Made by a program: the position numbers and the translations under genes. DNA of 64,000 nucleotides from a candidate division FCPU426 bacterium (lineage in GTDB: Bacteria > Oederibacteriota > Muellerivitia > Muellerivitales > Muellerivitaceae): positions 1 to 64,000 of the forward strand of contig CAVYSE010000002.1 in assembly GCA_963771075.1 (NCBI GenBank), given 5' to 3'. Below are positions 28,956 to 38,875 of this stretch, piece after piece. The notes beneath the pieces were generated by a model that ran no database searches, was not told where the DNA came from, and saw only the letters and a list, made by a program, of their open reading frames with translations. Every line of letters begins with the position of its first letter. The first letter of the stretch is position 1.

Positions 28956-31589
28956 TTAGTCTTCCACGATGAAGTTCTTCAATTTAGTCTTTTTCAGCAG
29001 TTCCTTCGAGGCTCTTTGCGCCGCGGCGTGGTCGGGATAATCCCCTACCCGGATCTTATAAAGGGGATAGGCCATATCCTCGGTCTTGACCTTCAAAACC
29101 TTGGGTTTATACCCGGCCTTTTCCAGCTGTTTAAGCGTTGGGGCCATAAACCGGGTCCGGCTGTAAACCCCGACCTGGATATGGAAAGGGGCCGCCGCGC
29201 TGATGGTATCGTCCGATTCCGCCTCTTCCTCACCGGTCGCCTGGATCGCGGGGGTGGGGTTCTCCGCCATAACCGTATTTCCCGCGGAAGCCGGGGCCGC
29301 TGGGACAACTGCCTCCGGAAGTTCGGTCGGGGTAGGCAGGGCCATCATCACAATGGGAGTCAGCTCGGGGTTGAGGCGCTCCATCGCGGACATCCTCTGA
29401 AGGGCATCCTCCGTTTCCAGTGCCCGGGGAAACTGGGTCGCCAGGGTGGCGTAAGCGGCGTGGGCCTGGGGTATCTTGGTTTCCAATTCATAAAGCCGCC
29501 CGAGGCGATAATAAACAAGGTTCATTTCCAAGAATTGGGGGTAGCGGTCCAGGACCTTCAGATATTGTTTCTCGGCCATGGGATAAAGCCTTAATTTGAC
29601 ATAGGTATTGCCCGCCCCCAGCAAGGCCTTGGGCGCCCAGGGACTGTCCGAGGCGTTGTCCGCCACCTTGATGAACTGGGCCATGGCTTCAGGGTATTTA
29701 TTGAGGGAATAGAGGGAGCAAGCGTACCAGTAGCGGGCTTCAGGCGCGGAGGGGCTGTCAGGATGGGTCTTCAGGAATTCCTCGTAAGTATGCGCGGCGT
29801 CGCCATATTTATCCGCGAGATAATAACGGGCCCCCAGGTCCTTTTGGGCCTCCTCGCCTTCCGGTTTGTCGGAATACTGCTTGGCCAGTTCGGTGAATTG
29901 CTTGGTGGATTTGTTGAAATCCTGCTCCATTCGGGCCAGCATGAGCTTGGCCTGGGGGATCATCTGGTCCATGGGATGTTCGGCCACGAACTTGGAGAAG
30001 GAATCCCGGGCCTGGTCGTAGTTTTTCCGGTTGAAATAGTCCTTCGCCTTGTCGAAGAGGGATTGGGAATTATCCGCGACGGCCCCGATGGGGGTCGCGC
30101 CGGTCGTTTGGGCCATCAACATGGCCGGAGCCACAAGCAAGGCAAAGATTAACAAAAGCACGCCCACCCTTTGTCCGTACAGGCTGGCGATCTTGCTTTT
30201 TTCCACCTTTACTCGCACCTTGTCCCCGGCCTTCAAACCCTTCGCCGGAAAGACCACCGTCCGGTTTTGCCGGGTCTTGCCGTAATAGGCGCCAGGCGTC
30301 TTGTCCGCCGGGCCTTCCACCATGACCTCTTCCACGCGACCGACACGGGAAAGGTGCCGGTCGGCGGCGTGCTTCCAGGCCTTCTCGTTCAAGCGGGCCA
30401 GGCGTTCGTCCTTCACTTCCTCCGGCACCTGGTGAAGCATGCGGGCTGCGGGGGTTCCGAGCCTCGGGGAATACTTGAAACTATAGACCAGGTCGTAACG
30501 CACCTCATCCAAAAGCTTGAGGGTGCCCTCGAAATCCTCATCGGTCTCGCCTGGGAACCCCACGATCAGGTCGGTGGTAAGAGCCAGTTCGGGGATGGCC
30601 TTGTGAAGGGTTTCCACCCGGTTCAAGTAATGGGCCACGGTGTATTTTCGGTTCATGCGTTTCAAGACGGTGTCCGACCCGCATTGGACGGGAAGGTGGA
30701 TCATCTCGCAAACGCTGGGCGTCTCAGCCATGGCGGCCACCAAGTCGTCGGAAAGGTCCAGGGGGTGGGACGTCATGAACCGCACCCGCTCGATGCCCGG
30801 GACGGCCCCCACTTGGCGCAGAAGATCGGGGAAAGAAACCGGCCTCTCGTTGCTTAGGGCCAGCCCTGTTTCAATATTGTTTTTTTTGCGGGAACTGGGC
30901 TTGCCTAGTTGTCCATTTTCCGATTTTTGAATCGGTGAACTAGATAAGCCATAGGAATTCACGTTCTGGCCCAGAAGCATCACTTCCTTCACCCCCGCCT
31001 GGGCGATGCGGGTGACCTCGTCCAGGATGTCCTCGGGAGGGCGGGAAACTTCACGGCCCCGGGTGAAGGGAACCACGCAGAAGGTGCAGAACTTGTCACA
31101 GCCCTTCATGATCTCCACGAAGGCCCGGTGGGGGGCGGATAAACGATTAGGATCGTTCGCCGGGAAATAAGCGGGGTCAAAATCGGCCAGCACCTGGGGT
31201 CCCGCGCCCTGGGAGGCCTTGGCGATGGCCCCGACTGCCTTGGGATATTGGTCCGGCCCCAAAACCAGGTCCACCTGCGGGGCGCGGTCGATGATGTTTT
31301 CCTTGTGGCTGGTGGCCATACATCCCAACACCCCCAGGACCCGGCCGGGCTTGCCGTTTTTCCAGTCGGTCAGTTCCCCCAGGCGGGAAAAGATCTTGTC
31401 CTCGGCGTGCTGGCGCACCGAGCAGGTGTTGAAGAGGATGACGTCCGCCTGGGCGCTGTCAGGCGTCAGGGAGTAACCCTCTTGGATCAACAGGCCCGCG
31501 ACATGGTCCGACTCGACCACGTTGGACTGGCAGCCCAATGTTTCGAGATAGACTTTTTTTTGCGGATGAGGATTTAAGGTGATTTCCAT
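28956..31589 (-). CDS. miaB: MiaB tRNA methylthiotransferase fused in frame to a hydrophobic segment, TPR (BamD/CpoB-like) repeats and a SPOR domain
   Basis: LGCQSN, FNTCSVR, GCDKFCTFC radical SAM motif, TRAM domain; then VLLLIFALLVAPAMLMA, TPRs, FHIQVGVY...YKIRVGDY. Confidence 0.9.
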   Translation of the reverse strand: MEITLNPHPQKKVYLETLGCQSNVVESDHVAGLLIQEGYSLTPDSAQADVILFNTCSVRQHAEDKIFSRLGELTDWKNGKPGRVLGVLGCMATSHKENIIDRAPQVDLVLGPDQYPKAVGAIAKASQGAGPQVLADFDPAYFPANDPNRLSAPHRAFVEIMKGCDKFCTFCVVPFTRGREVSRPPEDILDEVTRIAQAGVKEVMLLGQNVNSYGLSSSPIQKSENGQLGKPSSRKKNNIETGLALSNERPVSFPDLLRQVGAVPGIERVRFMTSHPLDLSDDLVAAMAETPSVCEMIHLPVQCGSDTVLKRMNRKYTVAHYLNRVETLHKAIPELALTTDLIVGFPGETDEDFEGTLKLLDEVRYDLVYSFKYSPRLGTPAARMLHQVPEEVKDERLARLNEKAWKHAADRHLSRVGRVEEVMVEGPADKTPGAYYGKTRQNRTVVFPAKGLKAGDKVRVKVEKSKIASLYGQRVGVLLLIFALLVAPAMLMAQTTGATPIGAVADNSQSLFDKAKDYFNRKNYDQARDSFSKFVAEHPMDQMIPQAKLMLARMEQDFNKSTKQFTELAKQYSDKPEGEEAQKDLGARYYLADKYGDAAHTYEEFLKTHPDSPSAPEARYWYACSLYSLNKYPEAMAQFIKVADNASDSPWAPKALLGAGNTYVKLRLYPMAEKQYLKVLDRYPQFLEMNLVYYRLGRLYELETKIPQAHAAYATLATQFPRALETEDALQRMSAMERLNPELTPIVMMALPTPTELPEAVVPAAPASAGNTVMAENPTPAIQATGEEEAESDDTISAAAPFHIQVGVYSRTRFMAPTLKQLEKAGYKPKVLKVKTEDMAYPLYKIRVGDYPDHAAAQRASKELLKKTKLKNFIVED

Positions 31590-31801
31590 AAATTCTTTAT
31601 GTTTTTTTCAGTGCCTGGGCGTCTGGGTGTTTCAAACTTTTTTCGGGATTCTGATTGTAAAGGCTTTGGAGGTAAGTGGCAACGCCCCTCAAGCTCCAAC
31701 CCCAAAGGACAAAGGCCCCCAAGCGAAACTTCAGGAATTAATCACCCATTTAAGGTCAACCTTTGTGTACTTCGTGTTCTTCGGGGGCGAGAGATGTTTT
31801 T

Positions 31802-32086
31802 TCAGTGGTGAAGATGAAGCACTTGGTAAGCAACCCAAAGAGCGGCCAGGAGGATGATCGCCCTAAATATCCACCGGGTCCGGTTGACCCCCGCTGGCAC
31901 GCCTCCCTTGGTCTTGGGTTTGGGAAAATACTGTTCGCTCAATTGAACGGGGGTAAAGGGCTTGCCTTCCTCGTCGTAGACGATCGGCAGACTGGCCCCG
32001 CAGTTCCCGCAGATTTTGTTCTCGGGAATGTTGAACATCCCGCACCGCAGGCATTTGACATCCAGGTTTTTAGCGTGAAGTTCCAT
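31802..32086 (-). CDS. Zinc-ribbon membrane protein
   Basis: CLRCG...CGNCG plus C-terminal TM helix. Confidence 0.7.
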   Translation of the reverse strand: MELHAKNLDVKCLRCGMFNIPENKICGNCGASLPIVYDEEGKPFTPVQLSEQYFPKPKTKGGVPAGVNRTRWIFRAIILLAALWVAYQVLHLHH

Positions 32087-32224
32087 TGCTCTTTATTCTT
32101 GGAATGCTGAACGAGTTGAAAACACAGGCGACCCGATCCATCGAATGTTCTTCACCGAATGCTTTGACTCGATCACGGCTGAAGGGTGTCTTAACGGAAT
32201 TTCCCAACGTCCATTCCTCTTAAG

Positions 32225-33481
32225 CTACTTCATCCCCTGCAGGCGCACGAGGACCAGGCCCACCTTTTTGGCTTCCTCCACCATCTTCTTGTTGGTATAA
32301 GCGGCCTGGAGCTTTTTATAGGTGTCGATGACTTCCTGTTTCTTGGTCTGCTTCAGATAAACCTCCGCTTTTTTCTTGAGGGCCTCCACGTTATCGGGCT
32401 CGAGCCCCACGATGTTATCCAGGTAGGTATGGGCCGCGTCGTAACGGGCCTCATTGAGCGCATGCTGGGCCAGTTCCATGTAAATGGAAAGCGCCTCCAC
32501 CCTTTTGCCCGTTTGGAGCAGGATCTTGGCCTGGCGGGGCAGTAATTTCGGGTCATTGGGACGCAAGGCCATCAACTGGTTCAGGTACTGGTAGGCGGCG
32601 TTCCAATCCTTGGTTTCCTCGCAGAGATTCAACAATTGTTCAATGAGGTCGCCATCCCCGGGGTTCTTGGCCAAAAGCTCCTCGAACTTAGCCCTCGCTT
32701 CCTTGGGCTGTTTGAGGCCGATCAATATCTTCGCGTGGAGGGGAGCCAGATCGGCATTGCCCGCCTGCACCGCCGCTTCGACCGCGTTTTTCGCGATTTC
32801 GAACAGGGACCCATCGCAGGCGATCTTGGCCAGTTGGGAGCCGTATTGGGAGATCTTGTCCGTCTCGCCTTTCTTTTGGGCCAAAGTCAGGAAAAGTTGA
32901 AGGGTATCAATGCCTTCCGGGTCGATATTGGCGATCTTGGCGGCCCATTCCTGGGCGGCGTCGGGCCGGTTCTCGGACAAATGAAAATCGGCGATGGCTT
33001 TCAGGGTGGAAGCCGCCTCGGTGACGCGGGCGTGTTCCAGATAGAGATTCGCCAGTTTTTCCCGGTATGAGAAATTGATGGGCTCCGCAGCGATCAGCTG
33101 CTGGTAATGGGCGATCGCGTCTTCCACGTTTCCATCGGAGGCTTTTCGCTCGGCCTCCTGGGACTTGGAGATGGTCAGGAAGGCCTTTCGCAGGGGGGGC
33201 GGCATCCGTTCGGGATTGAGCTTGGAGATCTTCCGCTCGATGTTCTGCACCTTGTTGACCTGGCCCTGCCGATCGAAAAGCTCCTTGGCCTTTTGGTAGG
33301 ACCCGAAGGCGTCGGCGTCGTCCTGCTTCTTGGCGTAGGCGTCGCCCATCATGTTATGAACGTGCGCGTCGTCCGGGTTGTCCACCAGGAGTTTTTTATA
33401 TTCCTCGATCGCCTTATACCATTCGCCCGATTGCACATAGAGAAAGGCCATTTTGATGATGAGCGGCTTGTCTTCAACCAT
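32225..33481 (-). CDS. Tetratricopeptide repeat protein
   Basis: Multiple TPR-like helices, e.g. AIEEYKKLLVDNPDDAHVHNMMGDAY. Confidence 0.85.
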   Translation of the reverse strand: MVEDKPLIIKMAFLYVQSGEWYKAIEEYKKLLVDNPDDAHVHNMMGDAYAKKQDDADAFGSYQKAKELFDRQGQVNKVQNIERKISKLNPERMPPPLRKAFLTISKSQEAERKASDGNVEDAIAHYQQLIAAEPINFSYREKLANLYLEHARVTEAASTLKAIADFHLSENRPDAAQEWAAKIANIDPEGIDTLQLFLTLAQKKGETDKISQYGSQLAKIACDGSLFEIAKNAVEAAVQAGNADLAPLHAKILIGLKQPKEARAKFEELLAKNPGDGDLIEQLLNLCEETKDWNAAYQYLNQLMALRPNDPKLLPRQAKILLQTGKRVEALSIYMELAQHALNEARYDAAHTYLDNIVGLEPDNVEALKKKAEVYLKQTKKQEVIDTYKKLQAAYTNKKMVEEAKKVGLVLVRLQGMK

Positions 33482-33517
33482 GGCCCTTCCTTTCCTGTGA
33501 TTGGCTGGGATTGAACC

Positions 33518-35150
33518 CTACGATTTTAGTCCGGTGACGCTGTAGGCTACGACCTTATCGGTTTTACCCTTTACCTTCAAGGGGTCCAGCATGACCGCCT
33601 CGATCTTGTGTTTGACCCTCTCGTAGGTGGCGGCGGAAATCAGGATCTGTCCCTTTTCGGCAACCGACTCCAGGCGCTGGGTCAGGTTCACATTGTCCCC
33701 GATGGCGGTGTATTCCATGCGCTCGTTGGAGCCGATGTTGCCCACGACCACTTCCCCGGTGTTGATGCCGATGCCTATATTAACCTCTTTTTTTCCCTCC
33801 ATGCGCCATTTGGCCTGGAGTTCTTTCATTTTTTCACTCATTTCCACCGCCGCCAGGACCGCCCGTTCCGCGTGGTCGGGCATGTCGATGGGGGCGCCGT
33901 AAACCGCCATGATGGCGTCGCCCATGAACTTATCCAGCGTACCCTCGTATTTGAAAATGATCGCCGTCATGGCGGTGAAATATTCGTTAAGGATATGGAC
34001 CACCTGCTCGGCCGTGAGGGCCTCGGACATGGGGGTAAACCCCCGGATATCCGAGAAAAAGATGGTCACCATTTTCTTTTCCCCGCCCAGTTTCAGGCCA
34101 TCCTTGTGTTCCAGGATTCGGTCCACCACGCTCTTGGTGACATATTTGGAGAAGGCCCCCTTGATGACTTCCTTTTCCCTCAGGGACTTGGCCATGTTAT
34201 TGAAGGCCTCGGTGAGGTCGCCCAGTTCGTCCGACCGCCGGATATTGATCTTTTGGTCGAAATCGCCGCCCGCGATGGCCGTGACGCCGTTGACCAAGAG
34301 ACCGATGGGCTTGACCAGCAATGTCACGAATAGGGCCATGAAAACAATACCGATTAAGAGGAAGGCCAGGGTGGTGAGGACGATGGCAATTCCCACATAA
34401 CGAACCACGCGGGTGATGGAGTTTTGGTTCATGCCCACGTGCACCTCCCCCACCCTGTCCCGTCGGCCCTCGGCGGTGATAAAAATGGGGGTCGCGATGT
34501 CGTAAAGGGTTCTGCCGCCGATTCGGTAGGCTTGGGTCAAAACCGATTCCCCGCCCAGGGGCTTGATGCCCGGGGGGAAGGTATGTGGCGTGTTCGAATA
34601 CATATTTGGGCTCATTGTCGCCCACGATAATCCCGTTTTTCCCGACGATTTTCACGTACTCCATGTCGCCCTTTTTAATCTCGGCCTCATCCGGCCAAAG
34701 GAACTGACGGACCGAGTCGTTGGCGATGTTGGAATAGGAGAGAAGCTGTTCTTGAATGGGGGTAAGCCCGGTGGGAACATCCCGAACCGAATCACTGGAC
34801 TGTAGGACCATGGCGTCCTTGGCGGACACAAGGAGGATCGTGCTCACGTCTTCCACCGTCGAGGCGTTGGGGGCCCCCGGGGTCTTGGAGCTTTGAACGG
34901 TCACCAACCGAAGTACCTCTTCCTCGCTGTTGGACGCCAGGCTCCGGGCCTGGGCTTCCCCACGGTCCAAAACCTGCTGGGTCAAGGTTTGGCGGGTTTG
35001 ATCCAACACCATCCACGTCACCACAACCATGAGAGAACAGATGAGGACGGTTAAGACCAGGATAAATTTAAAACTGAGAGGAAACAGATGGTGTTTTCGC
35101 CTCGGCTTGGCCTGGGAAGGGGCGCTCGCCGGATTGGATTTCGGATTCAA
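33518..35150 (-). CDS. Membrane HAMP plus class III adenylate/guanylate cyclase; frameshift near 34580
   Basis: TM plus periplasmic part in 34197-35150; HAMP, FFSDIRGFT, DKFMGDAIMA, YTAIGDNVNLTQRLES, KVKGK in 33518-34615. Confidence 0.9.
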
Positions 35151-35230
35151 GGTAAGGTCCCCTGGCTGAAAGTGACTGAGTGTCTCGTTAATATACGGGA
35201 TGACCTTTTAGGGTGTCAAACCGGTGAAAA

Positions 35231-35923
35231 TTAAGGGTTAGAACCGGGTGGGGGGGGTTCCGTGCCACTCGCCTCAGCCACCGCCTCGGCGGGGACTTCG
35301 GTCTCTCCCTCTTCCATGGGGGCGAGGCCCAGCTTGGTCTCGCGACGCCTCAATTCGCCCTCCATTTCCTTCAAAAATTCCGGAGAAGGCCGGTCACCCG
35401 CCAGTTCCTGTATTTCAGAAACCTTAGGCAGGTCGGAAAGGTCTTTCAACCCGAAATGGATTAGGAATTCATGGGTCGTACCATAGAGTAGGGGGCGGCC
35501 TGGAGTCTCGGCCCGGCCGAGGATACGGATCATTTTCTTTTCCAATAGCGACTGGATGAGATTGGTGACTTCCACACCCCGGATGGCTTCCACCTCGGCG
35601 CGGGTCACGGGCTGTTTATAGGCGATGATGGCCAGGGCTTCCAGGGAAGCCTTGCTGAGGCGGGTCTTGGAAATGACCTTGTAGAGTTCTTTGGCGTAAC
35701 GGTGAAACTCGCCCCGGGTGACCAGTTGATATCCCTGCGCGACCGGCAGGACTTGGAAACTGCGGTCCAAACCTTCTATTTCTTCCCGCAACGACTCGAA
35801 GGCCTTTTCGACTTCCTCTTCCTGGGTATCCTTCAGGAAAGAGGAGACCTTCTTGGCCGAGAGGGGGGTTTCGCTCACGAAAAGCAGGCTCTCGAGTATT
35901 TTCTTGAGTTGTTCAATTTCCAT
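35231..35923 (-). CDS. scpB: SMC-ScpAB subunit ScpB
   Basis: LSKASLEALAIIAYKQPVTRAEVEAIRGV, GRPLLYGTTHEFL. Confidence 0.96.
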   Translation of the reverse strand: MEIEQLKKILESLLFVSETPLSAKKVSSFLKDTQEEEVEKAFESLREEIEGLDRSFQVLPVAQGYQLVTRGEFHRYAKELYKVISKTRLSKASLEALAIIAYKQPVTRAEVEAIRGVEVTNLIQSLLEKKMIRILGRAETPGRPLLYGTTHEFLIHFGLKDLSDLPKVSEIQELAGDRPSPEFLKEMEGELRRRETKLGLAPMEEGETEVPAEAVAEASGTEPPPPGSNP

Positions 35924-36139
35924 TTGGTTTCTTTATCCTTTGTAGAACTTATAAAACAATGAACGACCGAGGCGCATGCCGACCCTCCATAAAACATGAA
36001 AGGAGGCCGGTATCGTCCCTATTTCTTTGGTCCATGGGGCCAAGGGGGACCGAGATTCGGGAAAGGAATGGCCAATCCCAGGACCCTTTTCATAATATTA
36101 TCTCCGTGCCTCCGGGTCCCCGTGGTGAAATCTTTTTGT

Positions 36140-36985
36140 TTAAGCGGTTGGGTTTGCCGGCGGTTCGGACTGGACCAGGATGACCTCGATTTCCCCGAAC
36201 ACCTTGTTTTGCACGACCCGGACCAACTTCAAACGGATCAATTCCAACAGGGCCAAAAGGGCCACGATCTTCTCGGTTTTAGTGCGGCAAGATTCCAAAA
36301 ACGGCCGGAAGACGACCCGGGGACTGTCCTGCAGCACGTCCATCAGGTCGTTGATCTTCTGGCTCACCGTGATCTCGGGCCGGTCCAACTCGGCCGACAC
36401 GTCTTCCTGGGAATGGATGAGGATGTCCTTATAGGCCGCCAGGAGGCCGAAGAGGGTGACTTCCTCCAGCCTTTCCTCCTCCTCCCCTTCCTTTTGTTCG
36501 GACGACACCGCCCGGGGCAACAGATGCTGGCGGTTCTTTTCCAGGCCCATCAGCTGGTCCGCGGCGTCCCTGAACTTTTTATATTCCAGCAGGCGGCGCA
36601 TCAGCTCCATCCGCGGGTCCTCTTCCGGCTCGTCCGGGGTGGCATCCAGGGGAAGCAGCATTCGGCTCTTGATCTGCATCAGGGTGGCGGCCATGACCAA
36701 AAAATCACCCGCGATCTCCAGGTTCATCGCCTTCAGGATCTCGATGTAGGCCAGGTACTCCTTTGTGATGCGGGAAATGGGAATATCGTAAATGTCGAGC
36801 TCATGTTCCTTGATCAGGTGAAGCAGCAGGTCCATGGGCCCGTCGAAGGAAGGCAGGGTGATCTGGTAGGTGGCCCGCTGGTCCTCGGGATGGAGGATTT
36901 CCTTGATGCCCACCATCCTGGTTTCGGAGGAAAGTTGGATCGAGAAAGAACTGGGCGGCGGCGTTTCGGGTGTCGCTTCGCTCAC
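36140..36985 (-). CDS. scpA: Segregation/condensation protein ScpA
   Basis: FDGPMDLLLHLI, FLVMAATLMQIKSRMLLP, LALLELIR. Confidence 0.96.
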   Translation of the reverse strand: MSEATPETPPPSSFSIQLSSETRMVGIKEILHPEDQRATYQITLPSFDGPMDLLLHLIKEHELDIYDIPISRITKEYLAYIEILKAMNLEIAGDFLVMAATLMQIKSRMLLPLDATPDEPEEDPRMELMRRLLEYKKFRDAADQLMGLEKNRQHLLPRAVSSEQKEGEEEERLEEVTLFGLLAAYKDILIHSQEDVSAELDRPEITVSQKINDLMDVLQDSPRVVFRPFLESCRTKTEKIVALLALLELIRLKLVRVVQNKVFGEIEVILVQSEPPANPTA

Positions 36986-38028
36986 AGGCCCCCCTCCCTC
37001 GATAGTTCCTTCTTGATCTTGGAGACCGGAATGCCGGTTGCCTCATAGACCTGTTCCATGGTCCGGGCCGCGGCTTGCCGAGCCTTTCGGGCGCTTTGGA
37101 CCAGCACGTCCTCCACCCGAGCGGGCTGGGCGTCCAATTGTTTCCTTTTTTCACGAATCGCCCCGCCGAAGGTTTCCTCCAGTTTGGCGGCGAGGAGTTT
37201 TTTCGCGTCGCCGTAGCCCATACCGCCCTTGCGGAATCCCCGCTCCATTTCGGCGGCTTCCTCCGGCTTGGCGACCAATTGGTAAAGCTGGTAAAGGACG
37301 CTCTCCTCCGGGTCCTTGGGGTCGGCGACCCCCTTGGAATCGGTGATGATCCCCATGACCTTCTTTTTGATCTCGGCGGGTTCCCCGAAAATGGGAAGCA
37401 CGCTCGCCTCGTCGCTTTTGCTCATCTTCCCGCCGGTCAAACCCATGACCTTGGGCGCCTCGCTCAAGATCCCTTCGGGAAGCTTGAACACTTCCCTGCC
37501 GAAGGCGTGGTTGAAGTATCCCGCCATGTCGCGGGTCATCTCGATATGCTGGACCTGATCCTGGCCCACCGGGACCTTGTCGCTCTGGTAGATGAGGATA
37601 TCCGCGGCCATCAAAACGGGGTAGAAAAACAATCCCACGGAAGGCGGGATGCCCCGGGCCAACTTGTCCTTGAAGGAATGGGCCCTTTCCAGGAGACCCA
37701 TCCCCGTCACGGTCGAGAGGATCCAGGACAATTCGGTCACTTCCGGCACGTCGCTCTGCCGGAAGATCAAGGCCTTCGCGGGATCCAACCCCAGGGCCAG
37801 GTAATCGGCGGCCACCATGAAGGTATAACGGGAAAGCTCATCCCGGTTCTGGATGGTCGTGAAAGCGTGGTAATTGGCGATGAAATAGAAGCATTCGCCC
37901 TCATCCTGCAGGCGGATGTGGTTTTGGATGGCCCCGAAATAATTGCCCAGGTGCAACCGGCCGCTGGGTTGGACGCCGGAAAGGTACCGGACGGGCGCTT
38001 TGGCATGGGATGGGGAGGACAAGTTCAC
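36982..38028 (-). CDS. trpS: Tryptophan-tRNA ligase
   Basis: SGVQPSGRLHLGNY, YPVLMAADIL, VPVGQDQVQH, KMSKS. Confidence 0.97.
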   Translation of the reverse strand: MNLSSPSHAKAPVRYLSGVQPSGRLHLGNYFGAIQNHIRLQDEGECFYFIANYHAFTTIQNRDELSRYTFMVAADYLALGLDPAKALIFRQSDVPEVTELSWILSTVTGMGLLERAHSFKDKLARGIPPSVGLFFYPVLMAADILIYQSDKVPVGQDQVQHIEMTRDMAGYFNHAFGREVFKLPEGILSEAPKVMGLTGGKMSKSDEASVLPIFGEPAEIKKKVMGIITDSKGVADPKDPEESVLYQLYQLVAKPEEAAEMERGFRKGGMGYGDAKKLLAAKLEETFGGAIREKRKQLDAQPARVEDVLVQSARKARQAAARTMEQVYEATGIPVSKIKKELSREGGL

Positions 38029-38054
38029 CTCGTGATTATAATCGGGGATAGGGT

Positions 38055-38747
38055 TTAGCTGAGATTGATATATGAGGCAAGATGACCCAACCCCATCAGG
38101 TGGAGGCCGAAAAAAAGACAGGCGACCACGGGATCAAAGATGTAATTGAAGATATTCCGGAACATGAGAAGCGCGCCCAACAACACCAAGGCCCCGTAAC
38201 GGTCCACCTGGGAAAGTTTATAAGCCCAGGGCCCCGGCAATAAGGCCTTCAAAATCCACGACCCATCCAAAGGGAATATGGGGATCAGGTTGAAGACCGC
38301 CAGCGCGAAATTGATCCAGAAGAAGGTGCTGAAAAAAGTCACAAAGCTGAATTCAGCGGAGGAGCCGGGTTGTGCGAATTGGGTTAAATCCAGTATCGCG
38401 AAAGCCGTCAGGGCGACCAGGCAAAGCCCCATGTTGGCCAGGGGGCCCGCCAGGGCCACCAGGGCCCCATCCTTCCGGGGATTCTTAAAATTCTCAGGGG
38501 TGATGGGGACCGGCTTGGCCCAGCCAAAGAACAAACTACCCGGAAAAACCAGGCGAAGCAGGGGGAAAAGAATGGTGCCAATGGGGTCCGCATGGGCCAT
38601 GGGGTTAATGGTCAGGCGGCCCAGCATTCGGGGGGTAGGGTCTCCCAGGCGGTCCGCCATGTAGGCATGGCCGAACTCATGCAAGCTCAAGGAAAACAAG
38701 AGAATGGTGAAGTTCATTAAGATGGAGACGATTTGCTGCTGATCCAA
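38055..38747 (-). CDS. Site-2 protease (M50) family
   Basis: HEFGH, GWAKPV, FNLIPIFPLDG. Confidence 0.93.
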   Translation of the reverse strand: MDQQQIVSILMNFTILLFSLSLHEFGHAYMADRLGDPTPRMLGRLTINPMAHADPIGTILFPLLRLVFPGSLFFGWAKPVPITPENFKNPRKDGALVALAGPLANMGLCLVALTAFAILDLTQFAQPGSSAEFSFVTFFSTFFWINFALAVFNLIPIFPLDGSWILKALLPGPWAYKLSQVDRYGALVLLGALLMFRNIFNYIFDPVVACLFFGLHLMGLGHLASYINLS

Positions 38748-38875
38748 AAGGCTTCCCCTTAAAAGTCGAAAAATGAGGGGATAACTTTACTTGATGCGGG
38801 GCTTCGGCGCAACCGGCTAAAAAAAGCCTAAGAACCAAGGATGCCCTTGGTTTCGATGAAATTTTCAAGATTCTT

